From positions 1-36,682 of IMG/VR virus record IMGVR_UViG_3300044698_000357: a stretch of DNA of 36,682 nt; one strand, 5' to 3'. Under the pieces are notes generated by a model. It saw nothing but the letters and a program-made list of their open reading frames with translations. It was not told where the DNA came from and did no database searches. Within the stretch, counting starts at the first letter, position 1, and each line of letters starts with the position of its first letter. The stretch is from a virus (taxonomy: Duplodnaviria > Caudoviricetes). The position numbers and the translations under genes are program-made. Positions 27,516 through 36,597 of this stretch are shown piece after piece.

Positions 27516-27556
27516 TTTGAAAATTGAAATTTGAGATTTGAAAGGGAGGCAACCCC

Positions 27557-27913
27557 ATGGAGTATGTCAACCGCTGCACCCTGGCCATCGACGGCCAGAA
27601 CATTGAAGATTTCAAAACCTTCACCGAGAACGAGCGCGAGCTGGCGCGCCAGGTGAACCTGATGAACAAGACCGGCCACTGCGGCGTCACCCAGCGGCCG
27701 GGCTGCAAATTGGATTACGTGGTGCCCCTGGACGCGCCCGAGTTCGATTTCGACGCGGTGCGGGACGGGGTGCTGACGGTGGAGTACGAAAACGGCAAGC
27801 GCAAGATTTTCACCGGCGTGCGCACGCTCAAGATCGGAGAGGAGAAGATCGACGGCGACAACGAAGTGGTGCGCACGATCGAATTCGGCGCCCAGCAGCG
27901 CAGGGAGGAGTAA
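27557..27913 (+). CDS. Tail tube protein
   Basis: 118 aa directly after the sheath; strong RBS. Confidence 0.78.
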   Translation: MEYVNRCTLAIDGQNIEDFKTFTENERELARQVNLMNKTGHCGVTQRPGCKLDYVVPLDAPEFDFDAVRDGVLTVEYENGKRKIFTGVRTLKIGEEKIDGDNEVVRTIEFGAQQRREE

Positions 27914-27916
27914 GCC

Positions 27917-28402
27917 ATGACGCCACCGGTTGAAGAAGGGAGGCTGCCGATGGGCATTCCCATGTTTGGCGATGAAGTCTGCCGCGATTTCAGGCTGCGG
28001 CCGCTCAAGGTCAAGGATTCCCTGGCGGTGCGCCGGTCGCCGGACGCTGCGCGCTGCGAGAAAGACGACGAGATGATGGGGCTGGCGCTTTTAGGCCGGC
28101 GGCTGAAAATCGAAAGCCTCGATTCCGAGCCGTTGACGTTGGATTTCATGCTGAACCTGTACGACGAGGACCTGGCCGAGATCATGGCCGCCGAGGGGAG
28201 GCTGGAAGAAAAGATGGCGCGATTTCGCGGAGGTGCTGCGCAAACAGCGCATCCTGGCCCTGCGCAAGCTGGGGCTGCCCTGGGAGATGGCCGAGAACCT
28301 GCCGGAGGCGGAGGCGATCCAGTGGCTGGAGGCCTGGACGGATCTCAGGGACCCGAAACGGGGCCGGCAGCAGACCTACCGGGTGCGCCGGCGTCCCCGT
28401 AA
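27917..28402 (+). CDS. Tail assembly chaperone (with probable frameshifted product ending 28451)
   Basis: Between tube and TMP; overlapping alternative-frame ORF 28218-28451. Confidence 0.7.
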   Translation: MTPPVEEGRLPMGIPMFGDEVCRDFRLRPLKVKDSLAVRRSPDAARCEKDDEMMGLALLGRRLKIESLDSEPLTLDFMLNLYDEDLAEIMAAEGRLEEKMARFRGGAAQTAHPGPAQAGAALGDGREPAGGGGDPVAGGLDGSQGPETGPAADLPGAPASP

Positions 28403-28492
28403 AGCAGACGGTCCACCAGATGTGACACCAGGCGGTAAAAACCGAAGGTGAGGGCCAAAAACAGGCCGGCACCGATGCAGTAGAAGAGGGCC

Positions 28493-30229
28493 ATGAGCGT
28501 TTCCTCCGTTGCCATCCAATTTACCATCATCGACCTGCTCAGTAAAGGGGTCGATCGCATTCGCACGCGCATGGCCTCGCTGGCCAAGGGCAACGCCGAG
28601 GTGCAGCGGTCGTTCGACCGCATGGCCAAAAGCGCCAAATACGCGGCCATCGCGGGGGTGGCCACGCGCGAGCTTTACAAGGGCCTCAAGCCGGCGGTGG
28701 GCGCGGCGGGCGAACTGCAGGCCGAGATGCTGGGCACGCGGGCCGAACTGGCCGGGGCGGCCCGCAACGCCAAGGATCTGGAGGCGCAGCTCAAGCAGGT
28801 CAAGAGCACGGCCTTCACCATCCAGGCCTGGACGCCGTTCGACCAGAGCCAGATCGTGGCCCTGGAAAAGCAGTTGCTCAAAAGCGGGGCCAAGATCGAA
28901 CAGGTGGTCGGCCAGCAGGGGGCGGCAGCGGCATCGGCGGCCCTGGGAACCTACGAGGAGCTGGACCCGGTGCAGATGGGCAAGAACCTGATCGGCATCG
29001 CCACGCCTTTTAAAATGCAGGCCGACCAGTTCATGTCCCTGGCGGACGAGATCTCCCGGGCCGCCTCGGCCTCCACGGTGGGGGCGGCCGAGATCGCCGA
29101 GACGGCCAGGTACGCGGCCCCGTCCATGAGCCAGCTGGGCAAATCGACCCACGAGATGCTGGTGCTGTCGGCCATGCTGGCCCAGCGCGGCATCGAAGCC
29201 TCCATGGCCGGCACGGGCCTGCGCCAGTTTTTCAACAGTGCCGCCAAACACAAGGTCTTCCGCGACGCGGCCGGCGACCTGCTGCCGCTTTCCGACATCG
29301 TGGGGCTGCTCAAGACGAACCTGGCAGGGCTGGGCGAGGCCGAACAGCTGGCCATCCTGACCAAAATTTTCGATGTGCGCGGCGCGCCGGTGGCCCTGGC
29401 CCTGATGGAAGAGGGGGCGGCGAGTTTCGAACAGATCGAGGCGGCCATGGCCCAGGCCCTGCCGCTGTCCGAAAAACTGCGCATCAAGATGATGGGCCTG
29501 GCCGCCCAGTGGACCTCGTTGAAAGGCACCGGGCGTTCGACCCTGGCCAGCCTGTACCAGCCGGCGCTGGAACCCCTGGGAGCACTGGTGGGCGCCATGA
29601 ACGACTTCGTGGCCTTGATCGGCCAGGCCACCCAGGGAAGCGACGCCCTGGCCAAGGCCGTGTCGGGGATCTCCCTGGGGGCACTGGCCACGGGCGGGGC
29701 GGCCACGCTGGGCCTGGGGGGGGCGGCCCTGTATTACGGCAAGAAGACCCTGACGGGCGCGGGGGGGATCAAGGGCCTGCTGAGCGGCACGGTGGCCGGG
29801 ATCGCCACGGGCAAAGCGGTGGAGGCGGCCACGGGGGTGCAGCCGGTGTTTGTGACCAACTGGCCGGCCAATTACGGCATGGGTACGCCGGCGCCGGAGT
29901 CGCTGGGTCAGAAAGCCGGCAAGGTCGGCTGGCTGGGCCTGCTGGGGCGCGCGGGTGTGGCCGGCCTGGCGGCCCTGGGCATCAACGAGGGGATGAAGTT
30001 CTTCGACGCCGACCTCTCTGCGATCGGGCGCAGCCTGGAGGGCCTGTTCGAGGCCCAGGCGCGGATCGCCGAGGTGCTGCGCGGCGAGCGCGACTGGCAA
30101 ACGGGCCAGCCCCGCCAGCCGATCGAGCTCAACCTGACCATCGACGAACAGCGGCGGGTGACCACTGAATCCAGCGACGCGGATACGCGGCTGGCCACCA
30201 CCTTGCGGCGCGGGAGATTTTCACGATGA
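28493..30229 (+). CDS. Tail tape measure protein
   Basis: Ala/Gly-rich helical; GIEASMAGTGLR (TP901-type core); VQPVFVTNWP motif. Confidence 0.88.
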   Translation: MSVSSVAIQFTIIDLLSKGVDRIRTRMASLAKGNAEVQRSFDRMAKSAKYAAIAGVATRELYKGLKPAVGAAGELQAEMLGTRAELAGAARNAKDLEAQLKQVKSTAFTIQAWTPFDQSQIVALEKQLLKSGAKIEQVVGQQGAAAASAALGTYEELDPVQMGKNLIGIATPFKMQADQFMSLADEISRAASASTVGAAEIAETARYAAPSMSQLGKSTHEMLVLSAMLAQRGIEASMAGTGLRQFFNSAAKHKVFRDAAGDLLPLSDIVGLLKTNLAGLGEAEQLAILTKIFDVRGAPVALALMEEGAASFEQIEAAMAQALPLSEKLRIKMMGLAAQWTSLKGTGRSTLASLYQPALEPLGALVGAMNDFVALIGQATQGSDALAKAVSGISLGALATGGAATLGLGGAALYYGKKTLTGAGGIKGLLSGTVAGIATGKAVEAATGVQPVFVTNWPANYGMGTPAPESLGQKAGKVGWLGLLGRAGVAGLAALGINEGMKFFDADLSAIGRSLEGLFEAQARIAEVLRGERDWQTGQPRQPIELNLTIDEQRRVTTESSDADTRLATTLRRGRFSR

Positions 30230-31494
30230 GCCGCTACCGGGCCGCAATCGACGGCTATGAATTCGACTGCGAGACGCTGGACGATTCCTTCCGCAACGCC
30301 ATCGCCTGCTACCGCTACCCCTACCGCGACGGGGCCGAGACCGAGCACATGGGCCAGGAAGAGCGCGTGATCCGCATCCGGGCCTTCTGGCTGGAGGAGC
30401 TCTACGGCGGGCACTTCGCGTTTCTGGAACATCTCAAGTCGCGCGAGCTGTTCGAGCTGAGCCACCCGGTCTACGGTCTGGTGACGGGGCGGGTGGAGCA
30501 GGTGGACGTGCGCCATGACGACCGCCAGGAGACGGCCGAGGCCGACATCAGTTTCATCCAGGATCTGGCCAGCCAGGAGACGGCGGTGTTCAGCCGCGAG
30601 GTGCAGGCCGAGGCCGAGGAGGAATACATAACCGGGCAGACCGAACTGCAAAACTCCTTTAGCGAGACGACCCGGCTGGCCCTGGGGGCCGAGGCCGGCG
30701 CGGTGCTGGCGCTGGAACTGGATCCGGAAGCGGGTATCCTGGAGCAGATCACGGGCATCACCACGGCGGCGCGCACCTGGCTCAAGACGGTCGAAACCTG
30801 GGTGACCACCTTGCAAACCCAGGCGGCGGCCGTGGCCAACCCGGCCAATTCGCTGATCGCCATGATCGATTACGGCAGCCAGCTTCCGGGACGGGTGATC
30901 GGGACCCTGGCGCGCACGGCGGAACGCTACGCCCTGCTGTCGGCATCGTTGCGGGGGGCCCCGGCGCGCTATCTGCGCAACCTGAACACCAGCCTGGACG
31001 ATTTGGCGGCGGCGTCGGGGGCCTTCGCCGGCCATACGCGGGTGGCCGGCGCCCAACGCCTGGGGCTGGAAGCGGCCACGCTCTACCACCAGGACGAAGG
31101 GGCGCGAGACGGCCAGCGGCGGCGCGAGGCCGCGGGTTCGGCCTTCGACATCCTGGGAAACTATTCGGCTCCGGAGCCGGTGGCGGCGGTGATGACGGTG
31201 CGCGAGCTGGAGCAAAGCCTGGCCGACGTACGGGGGGCAATCCAGGCGGCCGTGGACGCCGACCGCAGCCAGCAGGCCCTTAAATCCATGGCCCGGCAGC
31301 TGCTGGAACATGTGGCCACGGTCAAGCTGGAGCGCGAGCGCATCGTGCGCATCGAGCTGCCCAACCCCATGCCGCTGCAGATGGTATGTCTGATGCGCGG
31401 GCTGCCCCAGGCCTGGGCCGAGCGCATCCTGGCCATCAACGCCATCCGCAAGCCCAATTTCACGGCGGGGGAGATCGACGTCTATGTCCGATGA
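30226..31494 (+). CDS. DNA circularization protein (Mu gpN-like)
   Basis: YPYRDGAETEHMG, L.HPVYG, C-terminal N.IR.PNF. Confidence 0.85.
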   Translation: MSRYRAAIDGYEFDCETLDDSFRNAIACYRYPYRDGAETEHMGQEERVIRIRAFWLEELYGGHFAFLEHLKSRELFELSHPVYGLVTGRVEQVDVRHDDRQETAEADISFIQDLASQETAVFSREVQAEAEEEYITGQTELQNSFSETTRLALGAEAGAVLALELDPEAGILEQITGITTAARTWLKTVETWVTTLQTQAAAVANPANSLIAMIDYGSQLPGRVIGTLARTAERYALLSASLRGAPARYLRNLNTSLDDLAAASGAFAGHTRVAGAQRLGLEAATLYHQDEGARDGQRRREAAGSAFDILGNYSAPEPVAAVMTVRELEQSLADVRGAIQAAVDADRSQQALKSMARQLLEHVATVKLERERIVRIELPNPMPLQMVCLMRGLPQAWAERILAINAIRKPNFTAGEIDVYVR

Positions 31495-32551
31495 CCTCGC
31501 CCTGATTGTTGGCGGCCGGCGCCTGGAAAAATTCCTGAGCTACCGCGTGGAGGCCGATCTTTACTGCGCCGACAGCCTGTTCGGGCTGGAGATGTCGCCC
31601 CTGGACGCGGCAGCGGTCGATCCTGGGCAGACCTGTCAGCTTTCAGTCAACGGCCAGCTGGTGCTGACGGGCATCATCGACCGGGTGGTGGACGGCGACG
31701 ACAAACGCGGATCGCGCCTGACGGTGGAGGGCCGCAGCCTGATGGGCCTGTTGGTGGACGCCTACGTGGAAGAATTCCCGGATCTGGTTTCCATCAGCCT
31801 CAGGGAGCTGGCCGAGGGGCTGCTGGCCACGGTGCCCTTCATCAACCGCCGGGCGGTGCGCTACCAGGACGGCCTGGCGGGGGCCACGGCGCTGGCGACC
31901 CGCGAGCAGGCCGGTGGCAGCTTGTTCAACCTGGGAGAAGAGAAAAAAAATACCCACGTCACGCCGGGGCAGACGGTGTTCGAGGTGCTGCGGATGGCGG
32001 CGGCCAGCCGCGGGGCGATTTTCTACGGCCTGCCGGACGGCACGTTCGTGTTCGGTCGGCCCAAGGCTGCCGGCCGGCCGGCCTTTGCCATCGTGCACCG
32101 CCGCGACGGCCGGGGCAATACCTGCCTGCGCAGCCAGCGGGTGCGCGACATCAGCCGGCGCTGGAGCAAGATTACGGTCCTGGGCCAGCAACCGGATGAC
32201 GACCTGTTTGCCTCCCCGGAGGAAATCAACGTGCAGGCCACGCTGACGGACGATGCAATGCCCTTTTACAAACCGTATGTGGTGGTGGCCGAGGACAGCG
32301 ACCCGGTCAGCCCGGCCGAGCAGGCGCGGCTGCTGCTGGAGATGCAGCGCCGGGAGGGTTTCCAGCTGGTCTACAGCGTGCGGGGCCACAGCCAGGGCGG
32401 GCGCAACTGGGCGGTCAACGAGCTGTGCCGGGTGCAGGATGTAAGACGCGGCATCGACGGGGTATACCTTATATATAGCCGGGCCTGCGAACTGTCCAAG
32501 GAGGACGGGCGCTTCACCGAGGTGCGCCTGGGTCTGCCGGGGGTGGCCTGA
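31484..32551 (+). CDS. Baseplate hub (Mu gpP/gp44-like)
   Basis: VLTGIID, GRSLMGLLVD, PGQTVFE, GHSQGGRNWAVN. Confidence 0.87.
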   Translation: MSDDLALIVGGRRLEKFLSYRVEADLYCADSLFGLEMSPLDAAAVDPGQTCQLSVNGQLVLTGIIDRVVDGDDKRGSRLTVEGRSLMGLLVDAYVEEFPDLVSISLRELAEGLLATVPFINRRAVRYQDGLAGATALATREQAGGSLFNLGEEKKNTHVTPGQTVFEVLRMAAASRGAIFYGLPDGTFVFGRPKAAGRPAFAIVHRRDGRGNTCLRSQRVRDISRRWSKITVLGQQPDDDLFASPEEINVQATLTDDAMPFYKPYVVVAEDSDPVSPAEQARLLLEMQRREGFQLVYSVRGHSQGGRNWAVNELCRVQDVRRGIDGVYLIYSRACELSKEDGRFTEVRLGLPGVA

Positions 32552-33189
32552 TGGTCCGCTGGGTGCGCACGATCATCGACGCGGTGGTGGAGGGGGCCAT
32601 CAAGCGGGTGGCGGCGCGGGGACTGAGCGGCGAGACGTTTGCCGGGCGCGAGTATATGCAGCACTACGGGTTCACCTCGCGGCCGCTGGCCGGGGCCGAG
32701 GGAATCGCCCTGGTGGAGGGCAACCGCGTGGTGCAGATCGCCAGCGACGACCGGCGCTACCGCCTGGCGGTGGAAAACGGCGAGGCGGCCCTGTACGACG
32801 ACCAGGGCCAGGTGGTGCACCTGAAACGGGGCAAGATCATGGCCATTTACGGCACGGACCATCTGACGGCCAGCGTGGGGGTGGACACGACGATCACCTG
32901 CCCGCTGGTGCACGTGGTGGCCGACAGCCAGGTGACGCTGGAAACGCCGCTGGTGGCCTGCACCCAGGATGTGCTGATCGGCGGCAACCTGGTGGTTACC
33001 GGCAACGGCCAGTTCGGCGGGGGGCTGAGCATGACCGGCCTTGCGGGATCGGGCAACATCGGCACGCCGGGGCAGGTTTCGGACGGCGTGCGCAGCATGG
33101 CCGCCGACCGGGAAATTTACGACGGCCACGACCATATTGATTCGGTGGGCGGCACCACCAGCGCGCCCAACCAATTGCAGGGGGAGTAA
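32551..33189 (+). CDS. Baseplate spike (Mu gp45/gpV-like)
   Basis: QHYGFTSRPLAGAE, DDRRYR, GEAALYD, C-terminal HDH metal-binding motif. Confidence 0.9.
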   Translation: MVRWVRTIIDAVVEGAIKRVAARGLSGETFAGREYMQHYGFTSRPLAGAEGIALVEGNRVVQIASDDRRYRLAVENGEAALYDDQGQVVHLKRGKIMAIYGTDHLTASVGVDTTITCPLVHVVADSQVTLETPLVACTQDVLIGGNLVVTGNGQFGGGLSMTGLAGSGNIGTPGQVSDGVRSMAADREIYDGHDHIDSVGGTTSAPNQLQGE

Positions 33190-33548
33190 TGGATTTTAAA
33201 ATCGTCAATACGCCGGCCGGCGGCGCGGACATGAGCTGGGACGCGGCCGGGGAACTGGCCAACAATGTGTGGCTGTCGCTCAACATCCGCCGGGGGTCGT
33301 TTTTCGCGGCGCCGGATTTCGGCCTGCGCGCCCTGCCCTCCAAGAATACGGCCGGCGCGGCGGACCTGATCGAAATCTACGTGCGCGAGGCCCTGCAGTG
33401 GCTGGTTGCGACCGGACGGGCGGTGTCCATCGAGATTTCCACCGTGCGCGACACGCGGCGCCGGCCCGACCGCATCCTGATATCCGGCACGGTTGAATCG
33501 GCCGCGGGGCGGCGGGTGCCCTTCGAACAGTTCGTCGAGGTGACCTGA
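33189..33548 (+). CDS. Baseplate protein (Mu gp46-like)
   Basis: Y.REALQWLV..GRA..I motif. Confidence 0.82.
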   Translation: MDFKIVNTPAGGADMSWDAAGELANNVWLSLNIRRGSFFAAPDFGLRALPSKNTAGAADLIEIYVREALQWLVATGRAVSIEISTVRDTRRRPDRILISGTVESAAGRRVPFEQFVEVT

Positions 33549-34363
33549 TGGATTACGACAAAACCTTCGAGGAGGAGCTGGCCCAGATCCTGACCGACTA
33601 CCGCAACCAGAGCTGGACCGATCCGGCCACCGGCCTGCAGCGGGCGCCGCTGGACACGTCCGTGGGGTCGCTGGTGTTCATCAAGGCGGCGGTGCTGGCG
33701 GCGGCCAAGTGGGGCCTGCACCACCACCAGAAACAGATCGGGCGCCAGATTTTTGCTGACGACGCCGACACGGCCGAACTGGAGCACCACTGCTACCTGC
33801 GGGGCATCACCCGCCAGGCTGAGGAATCCGACAGCGCCCTGTTGGGGCGCTACCTGGCCGACCTGCGCGCCCCGGAAGCCGGCGGCAACCAGAGCGACTA
33901 CGCGCGCTGGGCCACGCAGGTGGCGGGCGTGGCCGCGGCCTGGTGCCTGCCCCTGGGCAACGGCTTCGGCACGGTGGACGTGCTGGTGCTGGCCGACGCG
34001 GACCTGACCGGGTCGGAGATCCCCGACCAGGACCTGCTGGACGCCGTGCACGCCTACATCCACGCCCGCAACCCGGCCGAGCTGCACGCGGACGATCTGC
34101 GGGTGATGGCGCCCTACGTGATCACCCAGGACGTGACCATGACCATCGGCGGGGCCGCCGATCCGGACGAAGTGGCCGGCGACATCACGGCCTACATGGA
34201 GACGATGACGCCGGGGCAGGACCTGCACCCCACGCGCCTGGCGGCCTTCGCCATCGTGCTGGGAGAGGAGGGCGCCGACGTGACCCTGCCGGCGGCGGTG
34301 GTGACGGCCGGCGACCACCAGGTGATCCGCCCGGGCGTGATCAGCGTCACGGTGGTGGCATAG
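33548..34363 (+). CDS. Baseplate J / Mu gp47-like protein
   Basis: ESDSALL.R, GGNQSDYARWA..VAGV, G.GTVDV. Confidence 0.88.
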   Translation: MDYDKTFEEELAQILTDYRNQSWTDPATGLQRAPLDTSVGSLVFIKAAVLAAAKWGLHHHQKQIGRQIFADDADTAELEHHCYLRGITRQAEESDSALLGRYLADLRAPEAGGNQSDYARWATQVAGVAAAWCLPLGNGFGTVDVLVLADADLTGSEIPDQDLLDAVHAYIHARNPAELHADDLRVMAPYVITQDVTMTIGGAADPDEVAGDITAYMETMTPGQDLHPTRLAAFAIVLGEEGADVTLPAAVVTAGDHQVIRPGVISVTVVA

Positions 34364-34927
34364 ATGGAGATCCTGGACCATCTGGGCGAGGCCCTCCTGG
34401 ACGAGATGGGCGCGGGGCGCCACCGCTGGGTGCTGCAGCAGCTGACCCCGCTGGCCCTGGGCGCCACGCACGTGACGGACATGATCGTGGAGGGCGCCCA
34501 CCTGGACCAGGCCGAGGACCATGCCGCCGAACTGTTGGAAGAGATGTTCCCCGACAGCGCCGAGGGGCTGCTGGACGACTGGGAGCGCCTGCTGGGGCTG
34601 CCGGACCCCTGCACGGGCCGGCCGGTGGGCCTGGCCGCGCGCCAAGCGGCGGCGGCGGCCAAGTGGGGCGAAAAGCGCAGCCTGGCGTCACCCTACCTGG
34701 TGTCGGTGGCCGGACTGCTTGGCATCGCGGTGACCGTGACCAGTTACGCCGCCCGGCGCTACGGCCAGGCGCGCATGGGCGGACGATACCAGGCCCGTCG
34801 CTGGGCCACCTCGCTGACCGTGCACGCGCCGGGGCTGGCCGCCGAGCAGCGGCTGTACCTGGAGTGCGCTATTTCGCGCCTGCGGCCGGCGCACACCTAT
34901 CTGCACTTCGACTACGAGGAGGTCTAA
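34364..34927 (+). CDS. Baseplate protein (Mu gp48/YmfQ, DUF2313-like)
   Basis: LLDDWERLLGLPDPC, LEC.I.RLRPAHT. Confidence 0.88.
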   Translation: MEILDHLGEALLDEMGAGRHRWVLQQLTPLALGATHVTDMIVEGAHLDQAEDHAAELLEEMFPDSAEGLLDDWERLLGLPDPCTGRPVGLAARQAAAAAKWGEKRSLASPYLVSVAGLLGIAVTVTSYAARRYGQARMGGRYQARRWATSLTVHAPGLAAEQRLYLECAISRLRPAHTYLHFDYEEV

Positions 34928-34929
34928 AA

Positions 34930-35580
34930 ATGGATTACCCATCCGATCCCGACATCGGCCTGGTGGGCGGCAAATTTTCCCAGGGCGACCCGGAGCTGGG
35001 CGTGCCGGCGTCCCTGGACTCGGCGGCCTGGGCCAACGCCGTGACCGACGAGATCCTGGCCGTGATCGCCGGCGCGGGCCTGGTACCGGACGAGGAAGAT
35101 CTGACGCAGCTGCTGCAGGCGGTGCAGGCGCGGCAGGTGGTGGTGACCAACCCCAACGGCAACCCCAACATCTCGGACACCATGTTCGACGTCAACCTGG
35201 AACTGACCCCTGACGTCTGGCGATCCTTCGGGCCTGATGGTAGCGGGGCGCAGGAAATCTGGTCGGTGCTGGATGATGTCCCGACCGGGGTGAAATGGAT
35301 CGAGGTGTCGATCATCACCTCCCTGGAAGCTCCATCCGGCATGTCCGGGTCGAGCTACAGCAGTTTTTTATATGCCCGGGCCAACGGATCTTCCCAGGCC
35401 AAGGACGGCCAAAATCTAATCGCCATTTTGCGGGCACCGGTCATTTCCAGCACCGCCTACGGCGCCAATGTTGCGTCGCGCAAAATTCCGGTGTCGGGCA
35501 TGAAATTCGACCTGCTGATGAATTCCAGCCAGGCGGTCCACCCGACCTATTCGCTGGTGCTGACGGGGTACGGACGCTGA
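34930..35580 (+). CDS. Short tail fibre-like protein
   Basis: Mu-like fibre N-terminus MDYP...GKF..GDP..G.PASL..AAWANAVTDEILAVI..AGL.PDE....QLLQA. Confidence 0.75.
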   Translation: MDYPSDPDIGLVGGKFSQGDPELGVPASLDSAAWANAVTDEILAVIAGAGLVPDEEDLTQLLQAVQARQVVVTNPNGNPNISDTMFDVNLELTPDVWRSFGPDGSGAQEIWSVLDDVPTGVKWIEVSIITSLEAPSGMSGSSYSSFLYARANGSSQAKDGQNLIAILRAPVISSTAYGANVASRKIPVSGMKFDLLMNSSQAVHPTYSLVLTGYGR

Positions 35581-36008
35581 TGATTTTGACCGCCGACGAG
35601 ATAGAGGCCATCCTGCGGGGAGTCTGGCCCGGCCTGCGGGAGATCTGGCAGGGTTCGACATCCTGGCGCCCGCCCGGCGACGCGCTGCTGCGGGCGGCGG
35701 TGCTGGACAGCGGCGTGCGCGAGCTGGAGCGGCGGCCGGTCTCGGGGGAGTGCGATTTTTTCGCGCTGCAACTGCACGCCGCCGTGCGCCGGGCCACCTA
35801 TTTAATGGATGGGCTGCCCTGGGCCATCGGCAGCTGCTACGGCACGCGCATGGATTTCGCGCCGTTTTCGCGGGTGCACGCCTGCAACATCGTGATCCGC
35901 GAGGACCGGCGGGTGCTGCTGATCGAGCCCCAGACCTACCAGATGCTGGTGATGGCCGGGCCGATCGGTCCGGACGATCCCAACCACGTTTTTTACGTCA
36001 ATATGTGA
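35580..36008 (+). CDS. Papain/transglutaminase-like protein (agglutinin C-terminal-like)
   Basis: ECDFFA, HACN and LIEPQ give a candidate Cys-His-Glu triad; TGATG coupling. Confidence 0.6.
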   Translation: MILTADEIEAILRGVWPGLREIWQGSTSWRPPGDALLRAAVLDSGVRELERRPVSGECDFFALQLHAAVRRATYLMDGLPWAIGSCYGTRMDFAPFSRVHACNIVIREDRRVLLIEPQTYQMLVMAGPIGPDDPNHVFYVNM

Positions 36009-36015
36009 GGACCCC

Positions 36016-36597
36016 ATGAAGAGACACGCGACAGCGATCACCGTCATCCTGCTGGCCGTCCTGGCCGGCTGCGCCACGGTCCCCGGACCGGACCCGGACT
36101 ACCGCCGGATGGCCAGAGAGGCCCAGGGGCCGGCGATAGCCTATGAGTTAAAAACCGAACCGGCCTTAACCGACCAGGTATTAGGGATCGATGATCCGGA
36201 TGGGGTGTGGTCGGTGAAGCGGTTCGGGCTGGGGGCGATTTTGGGATTGATTGACGTCCCGGGCAACGAAACCAACCCTGTGCCTCACACCGCTCATGGA
36301 TCAATAAGCGACGCTATCGAAATCGGCCCTGGGAGCCATAGCCTGGTTATATCTGGTGATTTTTCCTTGACGTTCGGGTCGTTGGTTGAAACCAGCGAGC
36401 TTGATCAAACCATAATCTTGCGAGTTACCGGGGACGCTTCTCACTCAATCACATTCCCCGCGACGGTGCTTTGGAGCTTCGCAGCTGCGCCTGCTCAGCC
36501 ATTCCCCGCGACGCTGCATACATTGATTTTTAAAACCGTGGACGGTGAAACGATAGAGGGCTATGAGGCCGGGACAGATATGGGGGTGGTGCCATGA
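36016..36597 (+). CDS. Putative lipoprotein with fibre-like C-terminal domain
   Basis: Lipobox LAGC after MKRH + hydrophobic stretch; C-terminal ITFPATVLW...AP...LIFKTVDG. Confidence 0.65.
   Translation: MKRHATAITVILLAVLAGCATVPGPDPDYRRMAREAQGPAIAYELKTEPALTDQVLGIDDPDGVWSVKRFGLGAILGLIDVPGNETNPVPHTAHGSISDAIEIGPGSHSLVISGDFSLTFGSLVETSELDQTIILRVTGDASHSITFPATVLWSFAAAPAQPFPATLHTLIFKTVDGETIEGYEAGTDMGVVP

Noticed and set aside
33943-34929. Apparent 545-aa tail fibre ORF starting at 33943
   Set aside because: The upstream part overlaps the gp47/gp48-like genes out of frame; the fibre-like sequence begins at ATG 34930.
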